A DNA stretch of 64,000 nucleotides from Azolla caroliniana (taxonomy: Eukaryota; Plantae; Polypodiophyta): positions 1,860,001 through 1,924,000 of the forward strand of contig JBHGNT010000020.1 in assembly GCA_043228905.1 (NCBI GenBank), given 5' to 3'. The notes beneath the pieces were generated by a model, which worked only from the letters and a program-made list of their open reading frames with translations, was not told the DNA's origin and made no database searches. The translations under genes were made by a program, and so were the position numbers. Positions 34,707 through 45,852 of this stretch are shown here, piece by piece. Every line of letters begins with the position of its first letter. The first letter of the stretch is position 1.

Positions 34707-35954
34707 TTACATGGGCATACGGGCCCGAATCGGGTCCGAGGGCTTTCGTCCGTTCCTTCCCCGTATCGTCTCGCCGGTGATTCTTGGTCTTTCGCAACCG
34801 CCTTCCTCCGCTTGGGACTCACGTGGGCACTCGGGCCCGACTGCCTTCATCTCGGGAGCAAGTGTGGGAAGACACAAAGAATCGCCCGTCCGTTTTACGC
34901 CCTTGTCCGTAGCCACCGACTCTTCGTGGTCAGCGGTCGTCTTCTTACCGATCGCGCAAGCCCCACCTGGGCTTGCTTCTCCGATTTCCGGGGTTTTGGG
35001 CTGACACGCCCGAAACCGCTGGTCCCAACTATCCGGTTCCGCGATCTGTATCTCGGCCTCGTCCTTGGCCGTTCTATCTCCGCAAGTCGAGAGGGCGTTT
35101 TGTTCCGCACCCTCTCCTGTGGTACCGTTGTACCAATCTTCCGCCGTCACGTGGGGCAAGTCCGTCTCTTCAGTCTCGGCTTGCGGCCTTGGTCTTTCCT
35201 CTTCCTCGAGCATCACCTCAAGAGTTGCGTACGCCTCCGCAATCCTGGCCCCAACGCCGACCCTTGCCGACTCTCTTTGCCGTTCGGCCTCTTCCCGCTA
35301 TGATGGCACGCCGTCGCGTACCTTCCTCTTAGCCTTCTCGGCTCGCTCGTTGTCTAGCCGTTGGAACACCCTTCCGACCTTCGACCAGGCCTCCGTAAGC
35401 CCATTCGCTCCATCATCGTCTTCGAGCTCAATCCCGATGTCCTCCCGTTCCGCTCGGTCGATCGACCTGACGAACAATAGGACCTTGTCCGCCCCCACCA
35501 AACCTTGTTCCCGCTCCGGGAGCCGAGCAAGCCGTCGCTCAAACTCTCGGAACGCCTTGGTCGCGTCCCGGTGGGTCTTTGCCGATGCTACCCACTGGTC
35601 AAAGTTGTGTCGTCCCCGTCTCTTCCGCCGTCCTCCGTATGCCTTCAGGAGCGCCTCTTCGAAGGCCTCCCACGAACTATGAGCCTCACAAAGCTCCTTT
35701 ACTTCCGCACGCATCCGGACAGCTACGACCCAACAGAAGAACTCCAGCCTCAACGACTCGTCTACGCCACGCTCCTCCATTTCCGCATTGTAGGCTTCCA
35801 AGTAAGATGGGACTTTGTCCCCGTTGAAACGGCCGACTCTTTCGACCACTCGCTCCACCGCTTGTTGCGCTGCTTCTCGCCTCATCACCACTCGTGCCGA
35901 CTCCAACACCACTTCGGCCACCATCACCGCGAGGTCATCGTCTTCCGACTCCAT
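34707..35954 (-). pseudogene. gag-like ORF of C1 (internal stop at 35298)
   Basis: Starts just after the PBS; RFNGDKVPSYLEAY...SWEAFEEALLKAY resembles a retrotransposon gag capsid region; homologous ORF in C2. Confidence 0.6.
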
Positions 35955-35970
35955 CCTCCCTTGCCGCCTT

Positions 35971-35987
35971 TCACGTCGGGTTCACCA
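35971..35987 (-). other. primer-binding site, tRNA-Trp
   Basis: Minus strand TGGTGAACCCGACGTGA, complementary to the recalled plant tRNA-Trp 3' end TCACGTCGGGTTCACCA; near copy at 44397-44413. Confidence 0.8.
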
Positions 35988-37864
35988 AATATGTCGCGTT
36001 GTTACGCGCGTGCATGGAGAAAGGCGGGACCACGGGGGTCTTGGACTAGGGGGTGACGAAGCGTAGGAAGTCGTACTTCACCGTTTCCGAGGCATCCCAG
36101 AAGGACACCGGAAGCAACCGAAGGGAGAGGGAGAAAGAGAGGGAGTGCGCGCTTGACACCGACTCGCACACACACACACACAGGCCGACCCGACTCACGC
36201 CCTTATGTACTGGAAACGCAGGAAAGGGGAAGCACCCGACACCAACAGAGACACCAATATACACAGACAGACGCAAATGTATATATATAAAAGGAGGAAT
36301 ACATTCCCGGCTTCGAGCCGGACCAAGGTAGGTTACAGTAGTCGTCGGCTGCCAAGCCGTAGGTCGGGAGCTCACGGGCTTGTCGCGTCGAGCGGGGTCT
36401 TGCGCAGGAGACGAGCTGAAGCCAACCCTAAGCGAACACGAAGGGGAAGAAGAAGAAGAAACCCTAAATCTAGCGGTATACCCTCTAACGCAAAATGGGC
36501 AACCCCTTTCTCAAAGGGCGCTCCCTTCCTTTTATAGAACAAGGAGAGGGATGTGTTACAATGTGGGATAAATCCCGACTTACATGGGATCATCTGTCCC
36601 GACTTGACTACTCTTCGGCGCCATAAAGGCGCCCTCGTTATTCACACTAAATGTACAAGGGTGAACACACATGCCACACCCCGTCGATGTAGCCAATGTT
36701 TCCCGGTTTCCGCCTCTGGCCGAAATTCTTCACGACAACGTCTCCTTAACTCGATAGACCCACTTACACAGAAGAGCACGTCGATTCTTCGGTATTTCGA
36801 CCAAGCCTCAAGTGTTGTTTGCACGAATGGAGTTCATTTCGGATTCCATTGCCAAATGCCAGGTGGCCGAGTCGGCTGATGCCGATGCGTCTTCGTATGA
36901 CGTTGGTTCTCCGGTGTCCGTAAAGAAGATATAGGAGAGTATCTCTCTGGGGGTTGTGACAATCTCTCAATCATCGAGGTATGACTTCGCTTGGCTTTTG
37001 GACAGATTGATGCATGGTCGATTCATTGAACACGACATCCGAACTTCGGACGATTTGTCTGTGTTCGGGGTCCCAGAGTCGGTATCCCATTTCGCCATAT
37101 GGTCCAAAACCGAGGAAAATACATTTCTTGGACGTTGGTGCAAGTTTGCGGCGATCATCTTTCGGGATGAGGGTGTACGCCTCGCTTCCAAAAATCCTCA
37201 ACTTGTCGTAATTCGGCTTACTGCCGGTCCATAATTTCTAAGGGATCCGAAGTCCTAGAGGCCTACTCGGCGACATCTTGATTATGTGTACTACCATAAG
37301 TAGGGTCTCTGCCCATAAGCCATTCGACAATCTGAAGTGTTGGAGCATGGAAACTATCCTTTCTTGAATTGTTCGATTCATTTGCTCGACAATTCCATTT
37401 GTTATCCTTTAGGCTAAACAAGCCCTAACACACGGTGTCCCTATGGAACACTTCACCAAAGGGTGGTACGGTGAGATTTGGATGGACCGTGGTGTCGAAT
37501 GGGTCTTAACCGGTTACTAACCGGCACTGTTAATGATCGTAACACACGCGTAAGATTAATTATATTAAGCACAGGACGATAACCAAATAGACACTAGACA
37601 ATATGTAAAACAACAACGCTTCTATTAATTATCCGTCCCTGATTACATTCTTGTTGGGTCCTTTTATAGGTCTCTAACTGAGTTACAAATCGGTGCCAAC
37701 CGGCAACGATCCGGTCTGGATCCGAATCAGCATACTGATTCTGGTCCGTCCGCCCGCTTCTCAAAATAACATAATATTTATTAATTACAACTCCCTATCC
37801 CTAATTAAATACCCCTTTCGCATTCTGGACTCTAATTGGCCCTTTGGCCTTGCCGGCCAACACA

Positions 37865-37906
37865 TAGCAGGCCCGTGGGACAATACATTGTACGTCGAAC
37901 CCACGA
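37865..37906 (+). other. inverted PBS / tRNA-Arg 3'-end copy in place of the PPT (A2, degenerate)
   Basis: Element strand TCGTGGGTTCGAC-GTACAATGTATTG-TCCCACGGGCCTGCTA, 2 nt before the LTR TG. Confidence 0.7.
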
Positions 37907-37916
37907 TTAGCCCTTT

Positions 37917-40112
37917 TCAATCGTCCATCAAAATGTCCAGAATGCTTTGGTCCAAGGGTTCTAGAGGTTCTTTGGGTAGTTGCTCCGTTTGTTGTGGTGG
38001 TTGCTCTTGCTCTTGCTCTTGCTCTCCGGCCTATTCCTCCTTTCTGGCTCCAGTCCCTTCCGGGCTTCCGTCTCCGACTCATCTATTCTGGGCTCCTCTT
38101 GCTACTGACGTCCGGCTTGCACTGGCTCTTGCAGGTTGGCTACCTTCGGTTGCTCCACTTGAGCTACATTTGGCTGGCTCCCTTTGGTTTCGGTTGCGTT
38201 CGGCATCTACTCCGAAGATTGCTCTTCATCATTAACGTTAATTGTCGATGTTCTTCTAGCCGCCGTTTGCCATCTCTGCTCGTGTTCGTATTGCTCGAAC
38301 TGGAGTTGGGTATCAAGTTGGTCGTCATTCATTTGTCCCACTAGTCGGCCCACTACCACCAGTTGTTCTCCGGCCAAGGACATGAAGTCATTTGATAACT
38401 CCTCCCTTATGGTCACAATGCTTTCCGCATCCAGTTTGTAGAAGTTATCGCCATCCTTTTGCCGGTTCTCCGCATCCGCTCGCAGGACTTGCAACTCAGC
38501 TGCCTGTTTTGCCCATTTGGACCACCACTGTACTAAACTTTCTTCAACTAACCTCTTCGTCCGGTCCCTCCATGTCAGTACAATGTCTCGAATATGGCCA
38601 AGTCCCATCTTTGACTTATCCTCCGCGTCCTGCTTTTCATCCTTTAATTGCTTTATGAGGATCGCGGTTACCTCAACTTGTCCCTGATACTGCATCAGTT
38701 GCGTCTGATAAGTTGTTTGAACTCTGTTCAAAGCCATCTTTGCTCGTTCCATCTCCTCATGATGCTGCCGGGTAAGCTCCATTCTGTCATTCGCCGCTTC
38801 TGCCAGCATCTTTGCCGCTTCGACTCCCTTGGTCCTTTCTTCTGCCAATGCCACTGCCGTCCTGTTGACTTTCATCCCGGAGTTCTCGCATCTTCTCTTG
38901 TTTGCCAGTCACCTTCTGCCATCAATTTCTTGTGTTCCACCTCTAGGTGATTGTGATCCCGGTGCAACCTGTCAAAATCCTCTGTTTTCTATTTTAGCCT
39001 CTGATTGACTTGGCGTCGGGCCCGGTCCTTCTGTTGTCGGAGTTCTTCTTGGAACTGCTCGATCTCGACTTCCACTGATCGCCGGAGTTTGTCCTTTTCT
39101 TGCAACAACTTTTCTTTTTCTTCCTTCAATTGGTCATATGCTTGATGACCCTTCCGTAGATTGTCCTCGGCTTTTCAGAGGTTCTCTCCCGTTTTCCGTT
39201 GTTCCTCCTCCGCCACCTTCTTCAGGTCTCGTTCTCTAGCCCTTAAGGCCTCTTGGGCTGCTAATTCCTCTCTTAGAGTGGCAAGTTCTTGTTCTTGTGC
39301 CTTAATTGCATCTGGTGCTATTTCAGTTACCAACATCTTATTGGTCTGTACATTCACCGGTGCCACCGGTTTCGGTAGTATTGGTCCTTCTATGACCTGC
39401 TTAGCCACCTCTGCTTTGGCTTGCGCAATTTCTTCTTCCATGCTCCGGATCCTCGACCGGGCATTCTCAAGTTCTTCAGTTGTGGCGAACAACCGGCCCC
39501 CCTGTGCTCTCTCCTCCATTTCTATTTGGCACACGACCCCAGCCACCTGTTCGTTGATCCACCGTAGCCATTGATTGTCGGTGCCTTGTTGTCGTGCCGG
39601 TTCTGGTTGTGGCGTGGCCACTGTTCTCGCCTGAAGCCCTTTTTGGATTGTTGACTACAACAACAACTCCTGCTCTTGCGGTGCTTACAGCCTCGATGAG
39701 GTAGGCAATTCGATTACCGGTTCTTGAACCACCAACATTGTTGCTTCTTGCCGCACATGTAAATCTTTCATCAATTCTGGTTGAACCAGTTCCGCCTCCT
39801 TCCTTGGCTCCCATCCCTCGGAATGGGGTGTCAGTGCGTTGTTCTTCACCAGACCCAATTCGTCCCCCTTCTGCTCCGCATCGCTACGCTTCTGGCGATG
39901 TAGGAGGTTATTGGCGGGGTCTTCCTCTGCCTCCTCCTCTTGGGTTCTGATATTGATCTTCATTGCCAAGGGGTCCGGCTCTTGTTCCGGTAAGCGCAAC
40001 TTGATTTTAAGAGGCCTTATTGGTGGCTCCACCGGTGTCTCTGTCTCTGCTTGCCTCTTCCGGCTAGGCGGTTCTTTCCCTTGTTGCGAGGTACTTCCCT
40101 CTTTCCATCCGG
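37917..40112 (-). pseudogene. extra ORF of A2, C-terminal coiled-coil part
   Basis: ORFs 39685-40158, 39175-39621 and 38207-38875 are homologous to A1 5800-7847. Confidence 0.8.
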
Positions 40113-40116
40113 GCGT

Positions 40117-40243
40117 TGTCACGTTGTTACGCGCGTGCGTGGAGAAAGGCGGGACCACGGGGGTCTTGGACTAGGGAGTGATGGAGCGTAGGACGTCGCG
40201 CTTCACTTCTAGGGCATCCCAGAAACACGCCGGAAGCAACCGA

Positions 40244-40294
<51 letters not shown>

Positions 40295-43200
40295 ACACCG
40301 ACTCCCGCACACACACACACGCACACACGCACACATAGCCCAACCCGACTCACGCCCTTATGTACGGAAAACGCAGGAAAGGGGAAACACCCGACAACAA
40401 CGAAGACGCGAATATACACAGATAGACGCAAACGTATATATGTATATAAAGAAGAATACATTCCCGGCTTCGAGCCGTTCCAAGGTAGGTTACAGTAGTC
40501 GTCAGCTGCCAAGCCGCCGTCGGGGAGCTCACGGGCTCGTCGCGCTGAGCGGGGTCTTGCGCAGGAGACGAGCTGAAGCAAACCCTAAGCGAACACGAAG
40601 GAGAAGAAGAAGAAGAAGAAACTAACTCTAAACCTAACGGTATACCCTCTAATGCAAAATGGGCAACCCTTACACAAAGGGCGTTCCCCTCCTTTTATAG
40701 AACAAGGAAAGGGATGCGTTACAATGTGGGACAAATCCCGACTTACATGGGATCGTCTGTCCCGACTTGACCACTCTTCGGTGCCATAAAGGCGCCCTCG
40801 ATATTCACACTAAATGTACACGGGTGTGTATACACGCTGCACCCCGCCGATGTAGACAATGTTTCCCGGTTTCCGCCTTTGGCCGAAATTCTTCACGACA
40901 TCCGCCGCCACCTAACTGCACGTCCACTGGTACGTGCCAAATTTGGTTGAAGGGTGAGAGATTTCGGCCGGTGAGAAACCGGTCTCCCGTGATCCGCATC
41001 TCGGCTCGTTGCCGGTTTGATCCGTCGGCTTCGAGTCTTCCTTCGCGCTCGCCTCCCTGTAGGCTCGTTCGACCCGTCGATGGGTCCTCTGCCGCAATCT
41101 CCATAGTACGCGTACTTCCATTGGCCCTTGTTCGGCCATATGAACGCCCCGCTTCCCGCCGTATGCCCGATGTCCTCCGCTTGAGGCATGCCCGTAGTGG
41201 CCCGCTTGGCCTCCATTGTCCAATCGTGATGTCCCGATGGTGTTTCGCGTTGCCTTCGTCCTTCCACCGCCACCTTCCTTCTCCATGGTCTTACATCGCC
41301 GCGTCGGCTCGAACCGCCATGGGCTCCGGAATAGCGTGGAAGATCCCTTTCCGACCTGATCGTGCATCGCCGCTTACCCGCGTACCGGTGTCCTTTGCAT
41401 CCGAGGAACACCCCGTAGTAGCCCGCTTGGCCCTTCTCGTCTTCGTGCTGCTGCAATAGGTCCCGAGTCTTCCGCTTGCCATCGTCTCCTCGTCCCCACC
41501 AGCTTGTCACCCCGGGCTTGCCGTGTCAGTCTTCGCTACTTCGACGGAGCTACCGAGATCTATGAAGCGAGTGTGGAGGATCCTCCTCCGGCCTCTCTTG
41601 CCATCCCCTGACTCCGACCCTGTGCAGTCCACTAGGCACTTGTCACCTCGTTGCCAGCACCTCGTGTCGTCCTTCTCTTCCTTCGTTCGGCACTGCCCGT
41701 GCCGAACACTGTCCCGTAGTCACGCTTTGATCCGGCCCGCGATGGCCATTTGCGAGACTCTTGTTCTATCCAAGGTGTGCCTTTCCGGCCTGACACACCT
41801 CCCCGTGTTTGCCACTATCGGCTCCTTCCGAAACCTCGTGTCGTCGGGTCCCGTTCCCTGCTGCCACCGTCCTTCTCCCTCGGTCTTACGTTGCCACTCT
41901 GGCCGAACAGCCGAAGTCTCCGGATCGGTGTGAGGGTCCCATAGGACCGGACTCCATTTCTATGCTTGCCGAAATTCGGGTGTCTTTTGTTTGAGTCCCT
42001 CCCGGACTCTCCTCGTGTCTTCCGCATAGTCGGGTCCCGTTTCCCGCCGCCACCTTCCTTCTCCCTCGGTCTTACGTTGCCACGTTGACAGAACAGCCGG
42101 AGTCTCCGGAACCGGTGTGGGGATCCCGTAGGACCAGACTTCCTTACGCCCATTGCCTTCGTCACCTCGCCACCACCGTCAGTATCTTGGTCTTACGTCG
42201 ACCGCGTTGCCGACTGCCGAAGTCTCTAGAACCGGTGTGAAGGATCCTCCGTAGACCGCCCATCTGTAGTCATGCCTTCGTCACCTCTCCACCACCATCA
42301 GTATCTTGGTCTTACGTCGACCGCGTTGGCAGAACAGCCGGAGTCTCCGGAACCGGTGTGGGGATCCCGTAGGACCGGACTTCCTTACGCCCATTGCCTT
42401 CGTCACCTCGCCACCACCGTCAGTATCTTGGTCTTACGTCGACCGCGTTGCCGACTGCCGAAGTCTCTAGAACCGGTGTGAAGGATCCTCCGTAGACCGC
42501 CCATCTGTAGCCCCTTTGCCTTCGTCACCTCGCCGCCACCGTCAGTATCTTGGTCTTACGTCGACCGCGTTGCCGACTGCCGAAGTCTCTAGAACCGGTG
42601 TGAAGGATCCTCCTTGGGCGTTCATCGCCTTCTTGACCCTGTCCCGAGTTGTCCCTTTCCGCATGCCGAGAGGGCGTTTTACTCCGCACCCTCTCCCGTA
42701 GTATCGACGTACCAAGTCCTCGGCCTCTTCGTAGGCCTGCTCTCTTCCTCCCTCCCGGAATGGTCATCCGGGAGTCCGCTCCGCCCGGTTCTCGTCCGGG
42801 TCCGTTCGTCCTTCTCCGGATTGCCGAGTCCCGTTCTCCTGTCGCCACCGATCTCTCTTATAGGACTCACGCCGGCACTCGGGCCTACAGTCGGATCGGT
42901 GTAAGGAATCCCATAGGACCGGCTTTCATTCTATTTCCGAATCTCGACCTTTGCCCGGTCGGTCTTTCTCCCCATGTAAAAGAGGGCGGCTCGTCCCGCA
43001 CCCTCTCCCGTATCGGCACCTTTATGCCGAGTCCGGCCCCGATCGAACGATCCACGACCGGATTACGCTCCACCCGTATCAGAATGCCGATCTCCTCGTC
43101 TTGCGTCCGTCCTCGGCCTCCTCGCGGGCCGTTTCCCATCCGGCTTCGTTGGCATTGTGCCAGGACTCCTCAGTACCGCCATCCATCTCCTCGGTCTTAC

Positions 43201-45150
43201 ATGGGTATACGGGCCCGAATGCCGAGTTCTCCGGAATTGGGTCCGTGGGCTTTCGTTCGTTCCTTCCCCGTATCGTCTCGCCGGTGATTCTTGGCCTTTC
43301 GCCGCCGCCTTCCTCCGCTTGGGACTCACGTGGGCACTCGGGCCCGACTGCCTTCGTCTCGGGAGCAAGTGTGGGAAGACACAAAGAATCGCCCGTCCCT
43401 TTTACGCCCTTGTCCATAGCCACCGACTCTTCGTGGTTGGCGGTCGTCTTCTTACCGATCGCGCAAGCCCCATCTGGGCTTGCTTCCCCAATGACCGGGA
43501 TCTCAGGCTGACACGCCCGAAACCGCTGGTCCCAACGTTCCGGTTCCGCGATCTGTATCTCGGCCTCGTCCTTCGCCGTTCTATCTCCGCAAGTCGAGAG
43601 GGCGTTTCGTTCCGCACCCTCTCTCGCGTGGGGCAAGTCCGTCTCCTCAATCTCGGCTTGCGGCCTCCGTCTTTCCTCTTCCTCGAGCATCGCCTCGAGA
43701 GCTGCGTACGCCTCCGCAATCCTGGCCCCAATGCCGACCCTTGCCGACTCTCTTTGCCGTTCGGCCTCTTCCCGCTGTGATGGCACGCCGTCGCATACCT
43801 TCCTCTTAGCCTTCTCGGCTCGCTCGTTGTCTAGCCATTGGCACACCCTTCCGACCTTCGACCAGTCCTCCGTAAGCCCATTCGCTCTGTCATCGTCTTC
43901 GAGCTCAATCCCGACGGCCTCCCGTTCCGCTCGGTTGATCGACCTGATGAACAATAGGACCTTGTCCGCCCCCACCTAACCTTGTTCCCGCTTTGGGAGC
44001 CGAGCAAGCCGTCGCTCGAACTCTCGGAACGCCTTGGTCGCGCCCCGATGGGTCTTTGCCGATGCTACCCACTGGTCGAAGTCGTGTCGTCCCCGGCTCT
44101 TCCGCCGTCCTCCGTATGCCTTCAGGAGCCCGCATGCATCCGGACAGCTACGACCCGACAGAAGAACTCCAACCTTAACGCCTCGTCTACGCTACGCTCC
44201 TCCATTTCCGCGTTGTAGGCTTCCAAGTAAGATGGGACTTTGTCCCCGTTGAAACGGCCGACTCTTTCGACCACTCGCTCCACCGCTTGTTGCGCTGCTT
44301 CTCGCCTCATCACCACTCGTGCCGACTCCAACACCATGTCGGCTACCATCTCCCCAAGGTCGTCGTCTTTCGACTCCATCCTCCCTTGCCTCCTTTCATG
44401 TCGGGTTCACCAAATATGTCGCGTTGTTACGCGCGTGCGTGGAGAAAGGCGGGACCACGGGGGTCTTGGACTAGGGAGTGATGGAGCGTAGGATGTCGCG
44501 CTTCACTTCTGGGGCATCCCAGAAACACGCCGGAAGCAACCGAAGGGAGAAAGAGAGAGAGCTTTACACCGACTCCCGCACACACACACACGCACGCACG
44601 CACACACACACACAGCCCAACCCGACTCACGCCCTTATGTACAGAAAACGCAGGAAAGGGGAAGCACTCGACAACAACGAAGACGCGAATATACACAGAT
44701 AGACGCAAACGTATATATGTATATAAAGTAGAATACATTCCCGGCTTCGAGCCGTTCCAAGGCAGGTTACAGTAGTCGTCAGCTGCCAAGCCGCCGTCGG
44801 GGAGCTCACGGGCTCGTCGCGCCGAGCGGGGTCTTGCGCAGGAGACGAGTTGAAGCAAACCCTAAGCGAACACGAAGGAGAAGAAGAAGAAGAAGAAACT
44901 AACTCTAAATCTAACGGTATACCCTCTAATGCAAAATGGGCAACCCTTACACAAAGGGCGTTCCCCTCCTTTTATAGAACAAGGAAAGGGATGCGTTACA
45001 ATGTGGGACAAATCCCGACTTACATGGGATTGTCTGTCCCGACTTGACCACTCTTCGGCGCCATAAAGGCGCCCTCGATATTCACGATGCACCCCGCCGA
45101 TGTCGACAATGTTTCCCGGTTTCCGCCTCTGGCCGAAATTCTTCACAACA
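40117..45150 (-). mobile_element. non-autonomous gag-only LTR element C2 (tRNA-Trp PBS, 4-bp TSD)
   Basis: LTRs 40117-40900 and 44417-45150, TSD GCGT, PBS 44397-44413, gag-like pieces 43079-44379. Confidence 0.9.
42065..42612. repeat. ~242-bp tandem duplication with ~120-bp subrepeats in the C2 interior
   Basis: CAGAACAGCCGGAGTCTCCGGAACCGGTGTGGGGATCC recurs near 42089 and 42330; CAGTATCTTGGTCTTACGTCGACCGCG occurs four times. Confidence 0.8.
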
Positions 45151-45154
45151 GCGT

Positions 45155-45852
45155 GTGCTTGGCCAAGAGTTGCTACCATTTTGAAGGTTTGTTGGGCGTG
45201 ATCTCCGTTACTCGAACTCGCTTCTTAGTCTTTACTGGCTCCACCGGGGCACCAAGAGAGTCAGCCATTGAGCCACAATCATCCATAATTTCTTGCCGTT
45301 TTGCACTGATTCTATCGCCTTCTGCAAGCAATCGGCGATGATTACAGACCAATCCACTTGCACCCCTGTGTATGTAGCAATGATGAAACCGGCTTTGTTC
45401 TTTGGCATTGTCGAGGGTCGAGGGTACACGAACCCATACTCGTGGAGGACATGAGCCACTTCTCTGAACAAGGGGTCCTCGTTGCCCTGTGTCCGATGAG
45501 CCTTGCTGGCAGGGGAATACTCGCCAAAAAACTTGGTTAACGTTTCCAGAGAAGGGTTCTCGATGGAGTAGATGCCCCCTTCCGACAATACGAATAGAAC
45601 GCGGATGGCTTCCTCCGTTATGACTTCCATGTCGATTTTATGCACAACTTCTTCTGCTTCGTCATGCGGTGGTGCCTCTGTTATCCTCAGGAAGCCTCCC
45701 AACCCATGTTGGTTGGACCACTTCTTGGCTGTTTCGGAAAGTGCCATAGGTTCCATCTTGTCGTCTGGTTTTGCGGGGGTGGGTAGGGCCGATGTGCTTG
45801 TATGTGCTTCTTGCATCCATCTGCTCACTTGTATTGTCCTTTGTGCTCTCAA
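45155..45852 (-). pseudogene. extra ORF of A2, N-terminal domain
   Basis: MEPMALSETAKKWSNQHGLGGFL...LHEYGFVYPRP...VDWSVIIAD aligns to A1 5074-5600. Confidence 0.82.

Larger units (their letters stand above)
27331..36737 (-). mobile_element. non-autonomous gag-only LTR element C1 (tRNA-Trp PBS, 4-bp TSD)
   Basis: LTRs 27331-28096 and 35992-36737, TSD ACGT, PBS 35971-35987, purine-rich tract next to 28097 on the minus strand; no pol motifs. Confidence 0.9.

Noticed and set aside
33860-35700. Many overlapping plus-strand ORFs in C1 and C2
   Set aside because: GC-rich antisense shadows of the gag-like region with no recognisable motifs
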